DNA of 39,346 nucleotides from assembly GCA_030141605.1 (NCBI GenBank), contig JAQGDQ010001156.1:1-39346 (forward strand). The letters run 5' to 3'. Below, in pieces: positions 25,601 through 35,341 of the stretch; position 1 is the first letter of the stretch, and every line of letters begins with the position of its first letter. Origin of the DNA: Tubiluchus corallicola (Eukaryota; Animalia; Priapulida). The notes beneath the pieces were generated by a model. The model did not search any database. It saw nothing but the letters and a program-made list of their open reading frames with translations, and had not been told where the DNA came from. A program made the translations under genes and the position numbers.

Positions 25601-28600
25601 AGATGGTGGAGTACTACTTTTGTAATACAAAAAATCTGAAAATCTGTCATTTCAGACAAGATTATCACAATTTTTTACAGCGTAGGCCCATTCTTCATCA
25701 TTTAAGTTTTTATATGAAATCGTAAATCCGTAGTGGTGGCAACGAGGTTATAATTCTAAAGTGACAATTCAATGGATTACCAGGTCCAATGTCTGTACCA
25801 TTAACACAACCACAAACTACATACTAAATAAACGTGAATGGCTCCTTTGTACAGTGGACACGAGCATTACAGTAAAAGTCCAGCCTTACCAACGATTTTT
25901 AGCAAAAGATTAAGGAACATGTGCTGAAATGATATTCCAATCGCTTTCGTAAAATAATTAATTAATTAGCTAAATAATTGCTCGATTTTGCTTTACCAAT
26001 TGCTTTTATTGTTTTATACAAGCAATTCAGCACTCGGGCAGTCATTCGCTGATGACGTCATGGCAGGAAACTTGAAAAGACTGTCACCATCAGCTTTACT
26101 ACATCTTCCTGCCACACAAACTCAGGGGGTTTTGGACTCATATAATATACAGAAAAATGACACAAGACAAAAATAAACTTCTGTACTTTCAACAGTTCAA
26201 CACGTTGCAGTTCATCAGCCAGATCGTCAGCACAGTAAATACAGGCGCAGATATCCCATAATGCTTTTCTAACAATCACTCTCATTCTGCCATGACGTCA
26301 CTCACCACAGTAAACACAGACATCCCATAATACTTTTCTAACAATCACCCTCATCCTGCCGTGACGTCACTCACCACATGCACCACAGTAAACACAGACA
26401 CAGACATCCCATAATGCTTTTCTAACAGTCACCCTCATCCTGCCGTGACGTCACTCACCACATGCACCACAGTAAACACAGACACAGACATCCCATAATG
26501 CTTTTCCAACAATCACCCTCATTCTGCCGTGACGTCACTCACCATACTCACCACAATAAATACAGACACAGACATCCCATAATACTTTTCGGACAATCAC
26601 CCTCATCCTGCCATGATGTCACTCACCACATGCACCACAGTAAACACAGACACAGACATCCCATAATGCTTTTCCAACAATCACCCTCATCCTGCCGTGA
26701 CGTCACTCACCACATGCACCACAGTAAACACAGGCGCAGATATCCCATAATGCTTTTCTAACAATCACCCTCATCCTGCCGTGACGTCACTCACCACATG
26801 CACCACAGACACACAGACATCCCATAATACTTTTCCAACAATCACCCTCATCCTGCCGTGACGTCACTCACCACATGCACCACAGTAAACACAGACACAG
26901 ACATCCCATAATACTTTTCGGACAATCACCCTCATCCTGCCATGACGTCACTCACCACATGCACCACAGTAAACACAGACACAGACATCCCATAATGCTT
27001 TTCCAACAATCACCCTCATCCTGCCGTGACGTCACTCACCACATGCACCACAGTAAACACAGGCGCAGATATCCCATAATGCTTTTCTAACAATCACCCT
27101 CATCCTGCCGTGACGTCACTCACCACATGCACCACAGACACAGACATCCCATAATACTTTTCCAACAATCACCCTCATCCTGCCGTGACGTCACTCACCA
27201 CATGCACCACAGTAAACACAGAGCAGACATCCCATAATACTTTTCGGACAATCACCCTCATCCTGCCGTGACGTCACTCACCATATGCACCACAGTAAAC
27301 ACAGGCGCAGACATCCCATAATGCTTTTCCAACAATCACCCTCATCCTGCCATGACGTCACTCACCACATGCACCACAGTAAACACAGGCGCAGATATCC
27401 CATAATGCTTTTCTAACAGTCACCCTCATCCTGCCGTGACGTCACTCACCACAGGGTTTTTTTTTTTGGTGGTTTGAGCAGACATCCCATAATACTTTTC
27501 GGACAATCACCCTCATCCTGCCGTGACGTCACTCACAGCACACAGCCAAAGCTTAGCGAGTGCAGATATAGTACTGCAAATGTTCAACTACTGAGAATTA
27601 GCTGCATTTTATTAATTAATTCACATAACTGTCATGCAAATGTTGGAATTCGATTATTTCTTTTCTGCTTAAATTGCTGATTTTCATACTTATAAAAAAA
27701 TCACCCGGCATTTAAAGTTATAAAGCATTAGGACCTACCAGAAAGTGAAGTGGATCGACCGTGCGACAAGTTGGCTTCAACTTTCGACGAAAGAACTCGC
27801 CCAGATTTTTGTAATACTGCAAGTCTTCAATGGCTGCTTCTTCTATATTACAGTTAAATGCTTTAATGTACGATGAATATACAGGTGAGCGAAGCCATGT
27901 TGGAAGATTCATGTTGTTCACTTTTCCCCACAAGCGTGACATGGCACGCAGTGGAAACATCTTATATACCATAACCTAGAGATAAAACACTCAGCTAAAT
28001 GTTTGCAAGCACATACTTTTTAAATAAAGATTATGTATTAATCTAAACTAAAGCAAACTAACTAAACTAATGATTTTTGGATCGTTCAGTATTTTGGTTA
28101 GAAAAGAATGTACCTGCCAGTCTTGAGCTAAAGCTTGCACGGAATCTTGCTTGCTGAGTTTCCTCCGCTCTCGTTTGCGGATGTGGCCAAGTTGTTGGTA
28201 GCATATATACGCAAATCCGACTCCGATGGGTATGGGATACCACTTGAGCGAACGAAGGTAACGCAGTAATTTATTTTCCTTGTGCTTTTTAGAGTAGTGA
28301 GAGTGAGAATCTATATGAAAAATATTGTAAATTTATTTGTTTTTACGTTAACAATAGAACATAAGTTACGCTAAGATTCTATGACGAAGAGTTAGTCAGC
28401 CTAGATAAGTTCTGCAGCCAGTTGGCACGCGGGGTGTGTGATCGTAATCCAGTTGTCCCAGACTCGATTACTAGCAATACGTTAATTTTTTTATGGTGGC
28501 TTAATATAAGCTTAGGTCTCTAGCGTAGCATTGATTAATTATATCTTAATTTTGTTGTATTAAGGAACTATTAGATATTAAGTATTTGTTTATTACGAAA

Positions 28601-30735
28601 AAAATCGATTGAATTGAATTGAGTCATGGCAGATCAGCAAAGTTAGACATCGACTTATACATTTTAATCTTTCACAGTATAAAAATCTGATAAAAAACAG
28701 AACGATTTTCAGAGTTTTCTGTGTAGCGGATTGCATAAACTACAAGAAAAAATAACGAAGTAATGACTGCATTGCAATAAGCCTTTACACAGTTCCAGCA
28801 ATTGATGATGATCGTGAAAAGGTCAAAGGTTAAGTGTAACAGACTTGTAATGCATTTATGTACACTTGATGTAAATTTTGATTACCCAACAACTTTATTC
28901 ATTTACAATTTTTGATTTTGTGCATGTGTGCGTAAGTGAGAAAGAGATTCACAAGGTTGTAAAAATCTATTACTCATGAGAAAAAAGATGTACCCCGATT
29001 CAAAAAACTCACCAGAATGAAATGTGCGAGAATGCTTATGGTTAGCATAGCCAGTAAGTCTCCGTGACTTTGGAACGCTTCCATTTTTGCTAGCCCAGTA
29101 TCCTACACGCCTAGAAGACCACTGTAGCAACACTGTTGTACTTCGCAGTGTAGTTAATGGAAGCCTGTTTATTGAAAATAAAATAAGATTTCCATTTGCT
29201 TATACTAATTTTAATTAGGAAAAGTTTTCTTATTTTGTGTATTTCAGGGTCCAACAGAATGTATTAATGACGATAAATGCTTCAGACACTGATTAACTGT
29301 AAAAGTAATTATGGTGAAATTATTTGTGTGCTTGCACAGCAAAATTGTTCAAAAGCCGGCAAATAAGTTTTCTAGTTATTCACATATCATGAATCTCTAT
29401 TTCATGAGGATCGTTTTGATACCAAGTTCATTGCTCTATGTTATTTTGAAAGCTGAGATAATCCATGTGAAAGTTGAAGTGCAGGCAGCACACTGAAAAA
29501 CATAATCCTGAGAAAATCACTGTTAAAGTCAGCCATTATTTTTTGTCGCGTCACTACAAAACACTTAGCAACCGTACGAATTGCTATGGGCTTTGCAAGT
29601 GCACATTGAAGTTATGTTTAAATCCAGTAGATGGCTCTTCCTACGAAGCTCTGGGCTTGGCAAGAGAAAAAGCCCGAAGCAAAATGGCTGCTTCCAGGAG
29701 CTGCTATTGGAGTTTGAAAATACAAGTTTTTTTACAATTGTAGTACTAGTTCCTAACCAGAAAAGTGAATATGGGGTTATAAAATTAGATTTTTAGTATT
29801 TTTTGAACATTTTTTGATAATTTGATGCTAGAATATAAACGTCCAATATATTTAGCATTTGCTTTCATAAAAAAGACATTTGACCAAATTTTTCGTGCAT
29901 TCTACTTATGGACGGTGTTGGTTTGTAAGCACACATTTGCTTGCAAATATTGCAAAGAAATCCTGATGTAATAATTTTTGGCGCATAAATTATTTTAGTA
30001 GTAAATTGCTTAAGATCTCTTTGGAGCAGATATATTCCATTGAACAACAGTTTTGTGATTAAACATCCAAGTTATTATGCTCAAAGCGAATTGAAATCAT
30101 TCGGCGCTGTTTTGATTCACAGCGCAGGGATGTTACCGAAACTGAAATTACAAACCGAAACCAACATTTATGAAACATAGGATACCGAAACGAAACTGAA
30201 CTGATATTTGCAAAACCAACTGTTATCAAAACGGAAAAAACTTCTGAAATAAATAAAATGCTTTGTTTTTGCTTGTTTGCAAGCTTGATTGAAGTAGCTA
30301 GGCAAAAAATCCTAACCAAAAAAGTAGAACAATGTTTAAGATCTATGGGTTACTGCTGATTTATTTAAAACAATTGGATAAACATGTATTCGCAAAGCAA
30401 CTTATTTTCTGGGCCATACTCATTCGAAATTTAGCTATCAGCTGAATTTTGAATGTGGTAACATTGACTATTAGTTGAATAGCTGGACTACCAGCAATTA
30501 TCTGGACTATCAGTCGATATAATTCAGTATCTCCACAACACTCTTTCGACTTTGGATATAGGGAGTGTATTTTAGATCTATTCAAGTCACTGTACAATGT
30601 TTTATCTAAAACAAAATACAAATAGGAATAAAAAGAAGAAACATTTGGATTAATAATTTTATAACTTTCATGTTACTGCTCTTTTGCTTCTTTACAAACT
30701 CACCTTATTCCTACATAAAACACAGGGGCAGCCAT
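16441..30735 (-). CDS. PISD: Phosphatidylserine decarboxylase proenzyme, mitochondrial type; join(30735-30704,29164-29013,28310-28114,27975-27739,24613-24175,22444-22284,20112-20013,16601-16441), ~492 aa
   Basis: All seven introns are GT-AG with matching phases (2,1,0,0,1,0,1); total 1479 nt. Motifs include [51 protein letters not shown] and the [11 protein letters not shown] autocleavage site. Confidence 0.95.
17097..17465 (+). mobile_element. Internal fragment of the Kolobok-like MITE family
   Basis: Aligns by eye with about 3560-3910 (CACTGTATAAAAC...CCCGCGATGACC...GGTGCACCCTGGAG...CTAGTTACATAAG). Confidence 0.75.
17950..18400. repeat. Compound pentamer repeat (CATAA/CACAA/CATAG) with ~50-bp higher-order units
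   Basis: Directly visible. It resumes at about 18755-18810 after an inserted MITE. Confidence 0.9.
18409..18751. mobile_element. hAT-like MITE (CAGGGCCGGATTA-type ends) inserted in the pentamer repeat
   Basis: Left end CAGGGTGGGATTA...GGGGTCCCTAGGC, right end GGGCTCCCTAAGC...TAATTAGGCACTA. Degenerate TIRs. Confidence 0.5.
18822..19508 (-). mobile_element. Kolobok-like MITE, full-length copy B (inverted)
   Basis: TTAA|AGGACAAGAAAAGGGGTACCTGAA...TTCTGGTGCT|TTAA; a reverse-complement homolog of 3470-4137. Confidence 0.75.
19649..19878. mobile_element. Partial hAT-like MITE, same family as 15559-16160
   Basis: Shares GAAAAGAGTTACTCTGCTGCA...GTCGGGCTCAGGGAC...CACCTACGAAACAAATGATCAAAACATT and ends GCTATGCCACTG. 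Confidence 0.65.
20013..20112 (-). CDS. PISD: PISD exon 7
   Basis: TTTCACAG|DLCTNHKRW...GVPYRK-G|GTAAT; phases 0/1. Confidence 0.9.
20325..20864 (-). mobile_element. 5S rRNA-derived SINE (SINE3), copy 2, in PISD intron 6
   Basis: Full-length 5S head (20864-20747) followed by the same body as copy 1, ending GAGACAGAAGGATGCCAACCAAC. Confidence 0.85.
20747..20864 (-). pseudogene. 5S rRNA-like head of SINE copy 2
   Basis: GTCTACAGCCATATCACGTTGAAAACACCGGTTCTCGTCTGATCACTGAAGTTAAGCAACG...TTAGTACTTGGATGGGTGACCGCC...GTGCTGTAGGCT, 118 nt. No oligo-T terminator follows. Confidence 0.88.
21368..21780. repeat. 88-bp tandem repeat, ~4.7 copies
   Basis: CAACTT recurs at 21368, 21456, 21544, 21632 and 21720. 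Confidence 0.92.
22284..22444 (-). CDS. PISD: PISD exon 6
   Basis: [48 protein letters not shown]; AG/GT boundaries. Confidence 0.95.
22471..23000 (+). mobile_element. Diverged Kolobok-like MITE copy with an internal 11-bp tandem repeat (TTTGTAACAAG, about 22615-22710)
   Basis: Left end TTAA|AGCACAAGAAAA and internal homology to copy A. The right TIR was not found. Confidence 0.65.
23630..24120. mobile_element. MITE with ~35-bp TIRs, family shared with 29325-29935
   Basis: CGTCCATAAGTCGGCA (23651-23666) is perfectly inverted at 24084-24099. The interior is homologous to 29340-29760. Confidence 0.7.
24175..24613 (-). CDS. PISD: PISD exon 5
   Basis: [12 protein letters not shown]...[15 protein letters not shown]...[22 protein letters not shown]...RRHFP-G. 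Confidence 0.95.
26231..27539. repeat. ~84-bp tandem repeat, ~16 copies, nearly all carrying TGACGTCA
   Basis: GTGACGTCAC at 26361, 26445, 26529 and onward. An inverted copy of the unit end lies at 26048-26068. Confidence 0.93.
27739..27975 (-). CDS. PISD: PISD exon 4
   Basis: [20 protein letters not shown]...[20 protein letters not shown]; phases 0/0. Confidence 0.95.
28114..28310 (-). CDS. PISD: PISD exon 3 (membrane anchor)
   Basis: [29 protein letters not shown]...LAQDWQ; TTTCATATAG acceptor and CAG|GTACAT donor. Absent from the ORF track. Confidence 0.9.
29013..29164 (-). CDS. PISD: PISD exon 2 (basic, presequence-like)
   Basis: [23 protein letters not shown]...SRTFHS; R/S/T-rich with no acidic residues; donor GTGAGT; phases 2/1 fit the neighbouring exons. 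Confidence 0.75.
29325..29935. mobile_element. MITE, same family as 23630-24120
   Basis: Ends TGTGTGCTTGCACAGC...GTTTGTAAGCACACA; long internal homology to the other copy. Confidence 0.65.
30704..30735 (-). CDS. PISD: PISD exon 1 ([11 protein letters not shown])
   Basis: Start context AAGATGGCTGCC and donor AG|GTGAGT, phase 2. An in-frame ATG six codons upstream is an alternative start. Confidence 0.7.
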
Positions 30736-31682
30736 CTTAGTCGACACCACCATGACACCTAGTGGGAAATATCCTAAATATTTAAGTGCCCGATAAAGAT
30801 AAATGCATATTCTGTGGAGATAATAGAAATAAGCCACGCTTCTTTTTCGCGTGATCATTGCCTTTGTGTTCATACTGTTTTTCTTTTCCAACTTCATTGC
30901 AATTCCTTTTGGATTTACGTTTCATTCTAAATACTTTTTTGCTATAGCAGACTAGTTATTTGTCTACCATAGACTCAAGCCCATAAGAATAACAACAGGT
31001 CGCCTAGCCATGTAGGATTACAATATCTGATCACAGGAATCACAACGTACGAGACAGACGTGATCTTTAAATGAACCTTTGCTTTCACAACACTTCCACT
31101 GCAAATATTAATGAACTCAGCGTAGTAGCAGTAATCATCCGACCACGGAACGACCCTACCCTACGTCGATCAATACATTGCAGACTACTGACTGACGAGA
31201 ATCGTATGATGCGCAGCTGTAGTTTACGCAGCCGAGTACGAGCTGTTCAGTTGGTCATCCTGTCTGCTCAGTGCCCACTGTCCAGTCGTTGGTTAGTCGC
31301 CATGCGCAGGTTGTTACACTGTATTTTAATTTTTCAAATCACGTCTGGGCTTCAAACCAGTGTTTAGACGTTCAATATAATAACAAACTTACAGTGTTAT
31401 AATACGTCTTAATCTAAACAATATTTTATTTGAAGAAAACATTACAATCACAATACAAATTTTTAGAAATCTTGTGTTATACCAAAAGCAAAATATAGGC
31501 ATACACACGCTACCAACCACCCTCGTGTGTATTTAAATATGAAATCAACTCCCCGGAGTTTGTCGGCGGTGCCCCTTGGTCAGAGCAGCAAACTTTTTAA
31601 AAAGCGTTAAAATCCCAACAGTCATTTATCTCTTAACGGGCATATGATAGTACCATTGGCTCTTTGTGCCTTTTATACTTGA

Positions 31683-32364
31683 AGCACAAGAAAACGCTTC
31701 ATAAACATAAAGCTTATGAAATTCGTTTTGAAATTTTATATCACTTACGTACTGCCTTTTTGCATACAGGACTTCAATCGGCAGTCACGCTGTATAAAAC
31801 ATGTAAATTTAAACTCCCGCGATGACCGTTAGACGCAGCCATTTTAATGACAGGTCATTTGAAACAAGTTTAGATAACATTTTGTAAAGTTTGAAAAGAT
31901 AATCAGAGCATTCGTAGCGCTCAAGTCACTAACTAAATAAAATTTAAAATTGCTGTATCTTGTCTATATTAAAAACACGTTTTTTGGTTAGTGAGTGGTG
32001 CACACTGGAGGGTGAGTCAGCGACATTTTACCAATTGGTGAAAACATTTTAAATAATTAATAATTTTCTTTTGTAGTTTCATAAGTCTTTCTAGTAGGTA
32101 AGCGAAAATCTAAGTAATATAGATTTGCACGGAAAGTCTTTTGAGACATAATTTAACATTGCCTTTTCTTCCCTTGATTTACTTTTGCTACACGACGCCA
32201 TGTAATGGCGACTTCGGAACAGTATTGCGGGAGATTTAAAATGAAAACAAACTAAAATTCCTTTCAACGCGAGTACGATATACGCATAAAATTGCTATAA
32301 AGTAATATAATTTTTTTAAGTCGATTTTTCCATAACCTACTTCAGGTACCCCTTTTCTTGTTCT
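31683..32364 (+). mobile_element. Kolobok-like MITE, full-length copy C
   Basis: TTGA|AGCACAAGAAAA...CCCCTTTTCTTGTTCT|TTAA; colinear with copy A. Confidence 0.75.
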
Positions 32365-32578
32365 TTAACAATCATTAATCTTATAACGGGCATATGATAG
32401 CAGCCTTGGCTCTTTGTGCTTTTATACATCTTTTAACTAGCCTTTTGTGTCTGCAAAGTTTATATCTGTGCCGTATATACGTTTTATCCTGTTTTTTTTA
32501 TACGTAATCGTTTAAGTAGCCATTAATATATTTGTATCTGTAAAATTTTAATCTGTGCTGTATATACCCAATTTGTAT

Positions 32579-33350
32579 AAAAACAGGTGTCAGACAAAAA
32601 GGTGTATTATCACCGATTTTATATGCTGTATATACAGACAACCTTAGACGTCAATTACGTTCAGCTGGTTACGCTTGTTATGTGGCAGATAATTTTGTAG
32701 GCACTGTCATGTATGCTGATGACATTGCCTTGTTGTCAGGGTCATGTAGACACTTACGTGAAATGCTTAAAATCTGTGAAAAATATGGTATAGAATTGAG
32801 TATCTCATTTGATCCTAACAAAACATGGCTTCTTTATTTTGGTAAAAGCTTTACTGGAGAGGGTGTAATCTGTTTTTGCGGTAAACAACTGATCTGGAAA
32901 TAGACAGTCAAGTATTTGGGTTGCTATTCACTGGGAAAAAGTGATAGTTTTTCTATTGATGTTTCAAGGTTAAAAAGGAAATTCATTGGTTCCGTGAATA
33001 ATTCTCTCAAGTATGGGCCATAATCGTAATGACATAGTAGCTAAAACTCTGATCAATACATATTGTCTACCCATTTTATTATACGGATACGAAATTGGGG
33101 GTATATCAAGCAATGAAGTTAATGTTATTAGGGTAAAATGGAACACTGCTTATAGCAAAATATTCGATTTTAGACAAAATGAAAGCGTCAAATTGTTAAT
33201 GTATTTTTGTGGCACGTCGAAAATTAAACTTTGTGAGAAAAATTGTAAAGTCTTGCACATTGAGTAATTTTAATTTTAAAAAACCACACAAATTTCACTG
33301 TATCTATTATGCTATAATGACAATAAATTGCTTACTTACTTAGTTACTTA
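32579..33350 (+). mobile_element. 5'-truncated, decayed non-LTR retrotransposon (RT domain; possibly RTEX-like)
   Basis: Translates KTGVRQKGVLSPILYAVY...MYADDIALLS, then YCLPILLYG. Stop at 32901 plus a frameshift. Ends with AATAAA and an (ACTT)n-like tail. Confidence 0.85.
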
Positions 33351-33534
33351 ACAGACAACTACAATAAATCACAGCAAAGCGACAAAACTTCGAATTTCAA
33401 ATTATAGATGGCGCTACCGTGATAAACTCTAGAAATACGTTGTGCAACGGGCAATGAACAGTTTTATCCAAAATAAATCAATTCTAATCAAGGTGGGGCT
33501 TAATTGCAACTCAGGAAGCAGAAATAAATGTATT

Positions 33535-33930
33535 TCAGAGAGGCCTACTCGGAAAAGTCTTAAAAATAAAATGGCAATATATCATTTCAAATGAGGAGCT
33601 TTATAACAGAACCAAATAAGAACATTGTAGCACTAAAATCAGAATCAGAAGACTAAGATGGGTGGGACATTTAATGAGATTGACGGAAATAGCACCGGTA
33701 AAATTAACATTAAACGAGGCACGGAAACCTACTAAACCGCCTCCAGTCAAACCAAAAGTAAATTGGATATTAACAAAGATTTACAGCAGCTGGAACCAAA
33801 CCTAGAAATAGCATCGCAGAAATTGAAAATTTTAGCTGCAGACAGGAAACAGTGGAGTGCTTTAGTAAAGGGTAGAGGCTTTATGTGTACAATAGACGTT
33901 TAGAGTAACAGAAGAAGAAGAAGAAGAAAC
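33535..33930 (+). mobile_element. 3' remnant of an RTE-clade LINE with (GAA)n tail
   Basis: Translates VLKIKWQYIISNEELYNRT*...IRIRRLRWVGHLMR...AADRKQWSALV, followed by a hairpin and GAA repeats. Confidence 0.8.
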
Positions 33931-35175
33931 AGTAGAGTGCTCTAATAAAGGACTGAGACTCTATGTCTACAATAGACGTTTAGAGCAACAGAAGAAGAAG
34001 AAGAAGAAACAGTAGAGTGCTCTAATAAAGGACTGAGACTCTATGTCTACAATAGGCGTTTAGAGCAACAGAAGAAGAAGAAGAAGAAACAGTAGAGTGC
34101 TCTAATAAAGGACTGAGACTCTATGTCTACAATAGACGTTTAGAGCAACAGAAGAAGAAGAAGAAGAAACAGACGAGTGCTCTAATAAAGGACTGAGACT
34201 CTATGTCTACAATAGGCGTTTAGAGCAACAGAAGAAGAAGAAGAAGAAACAGTAGAGTGCTCTAATAAAGGACTGAGACTCTATGTCTACAATAGACGTT
34301 TAGAGCAACAGAAGAAGAAGAAGAAGAAACAGACGAGTGCTCTAATAAAGGACTGAGACTCTATGTCTACAATAGACGTTTAGAGCAACAGAAGAAGAAG
34401 AAGAAGAAACAGTAGAGTGCTCTAATAAAGGACTGAGACTCTATGTCTACAATAGCCGTTTAGAGCAACAGAAGAAGAAGAAGAAGAAACAGACGAGTGC
34501 TTTAATAAAGGACTGAGACTCTATGTCTACAATAGGCGTTTCGAGCAAGAGAAGAAGAAGAAGAAACAGTAGAGTGCTCTAATAAAGGACTGAGACTCTA
34601 TGTCTACAATAGCCGTTTAGAGCAACAGAAGAAGAAGAAGAAGAAACAGACGAGTGCTCTAATAAAGGACTGAGACTCTATGTCTACAATAGCCGTTTAG
34701 AGCAAGAGAAGAAGAAGAAGAAACAGTAGAGTGCTCTAATAAAGGACTGAGACTCTATGTCTACAATAGCCGTTTAGAGCAACAGAAGAAGAAGAAGAAG
34801 AAACAGACGAGTGCTCTAATAAAGGACTGAGACTCTATGTCTACAATAGGCGTTTCGAGCAAGAGAAGAAGAAGAAGAAACAGTAGAGTGCTCTAATAAA
34901 GGACTGAGACTCTATGTCTACAATAGACGTTTAGAGCAACAGAAGAAGAAGAAGAAGAAACAGACGAGTGCTCTAATAAAGTGCTTTAGTAGAGCAACAG
35001 AAGAAGAAGAAGAAACAGACGAGTGCTTTAGTAAAGGGTAGAGGCTTTATGTGTACAATAGGCGTTTAAAGCAACAGAAGAAGAAGAAGAAGAAACAGTA
35101 GAGTGCTCTAATACAGGACTGAGACTCTATGTGTACAATAGACGTTTCGAGCAAGAGAAGAAGAAGAAGAAGAAA
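33846..35175 (+). repeat. ~80-bp tandem repeat (~16-17 copies) of the RTE 3' terminus
   Basis: CTATGTCTAC at 33961, 34041, 34121 and onward. Each unit is the LINE end plus (GAA)5-6. Confidence 0.93.
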
Positions 35176-35341
35176 GTATGGAGTTTTGTTTCTCTGCTTT
35201 TATTCTAGAAGCGAGATATGAAACTTTCTCATACGCCCATAGACGTAGTTTTAATAAGTATAAAGAAGTTCAGAGTTTGTTAGGAACGCGTTAATTTTTT
35301 AACTGTAGAAATTTAATTATATCTACACGACTGAACGTGTA

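Noticed and set aside
26231-27539. CRISPR-like array or His-rich ORFs
   Set aside because: Eukaryotic intron, no unique spacers, no cas genes; the ORFs are repeat translations.
28390-28480. tRNA gene or tRNA-SINE head
   Set aside because: Only a degenerate B-box-like stretch; I cannot fold a cloverleaf.
33846-35175. Hammerhead ribozyme or retrozyme in the 80-bp units (CTGAGA...hairpin...GAAAC)
   Set aside because: The core is CTGAGA rather than CTGANGA, GAAA is separated from the stem by CAACA(GAA)n, and stems I and III are not evident. The RTE 3' hairpin explains the structure.
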